From contig NC_043020.1 of the NCBI RefSeq assembly GCF_006345805.1, forward strand, positions 17,236,001 to 17,300,000: a stretch of 64,000 nucleotides of DNA. The letters run 5' to 3'. Of this stretch, positions 63,986 through 64,000 are shown in pieces. Position 1 is the first letter of the stretch. Every line of letters starts with the position of its first letter. The position numbers and the translations under genes were made by a program. The DNA comes from Octopus sinensis. Taxonomy: Eukaryota. The notes under the pieces are model-generated. The model ran no database searches. It was not told where the DNA came from and was given only the letters and a program-made list of their open reading frames with translations.

Positions 63986-64000
63986 CTTTTGCAAAAAAGA

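Noticed and set aside
1-64000. tRNA/rRNA genes, CRISPR arrays or prokaryotic operons
   Set aside because: tRNA-like sequences are SINE heads without complete cloverleafs; there are no regular repeat-spacer arrays, and the gene structure is spliceosomal.

Overview
AT-rich, repeat-dense animal genomic DNA; the SINE, RTE-tail and MITE families look like those of Octopus/cephalopods (inferred, not searched). Two intron-rich genes converge. (1) On +, the non-catalytic 3' half of DOT1L (H3K79 methyltransferase): 8 coding exons from 2554 to a stop at 47102. All junctions are GT-AG and phase-compatible, totalling 3423 nt (1140 aa + stop). A 29.5 kb intron splits the coiled coil; the catalytic exons lie upstream of the window. 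(2) On -, the last four coding exons of DPYD (dihydropyrimidine dehydrogenase, C-terminal 4Fe-4S domain), from 63985 to a stop at 56051. Introns carry tRNA-type SINEs, RTE LINE tails, TTAA MITEs, mariner, Chapaev3-like and Helitron relics, and (TA)n/(TG)n microsatellites. The most notable unannotated signal is a set of short units embedded in (TA)n arrays that carry type I hammerhead ribozymes. Two have essentially complete cores (41365-41463 +, in DOT1L sense; 36194-36285 -), and several decayed or variant copies exist, including a 353-bp fold-back. Other signals are a protein-level-conserved 22-aa x3 repeat in DOT1L and a candidate truncating alternative last exon at 18461. Nearly all long ORFs in the supplied track are microsatellite artefacts. 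Repeat boundaries are approximate; exon and ribozyme coordinates were counted base by base.
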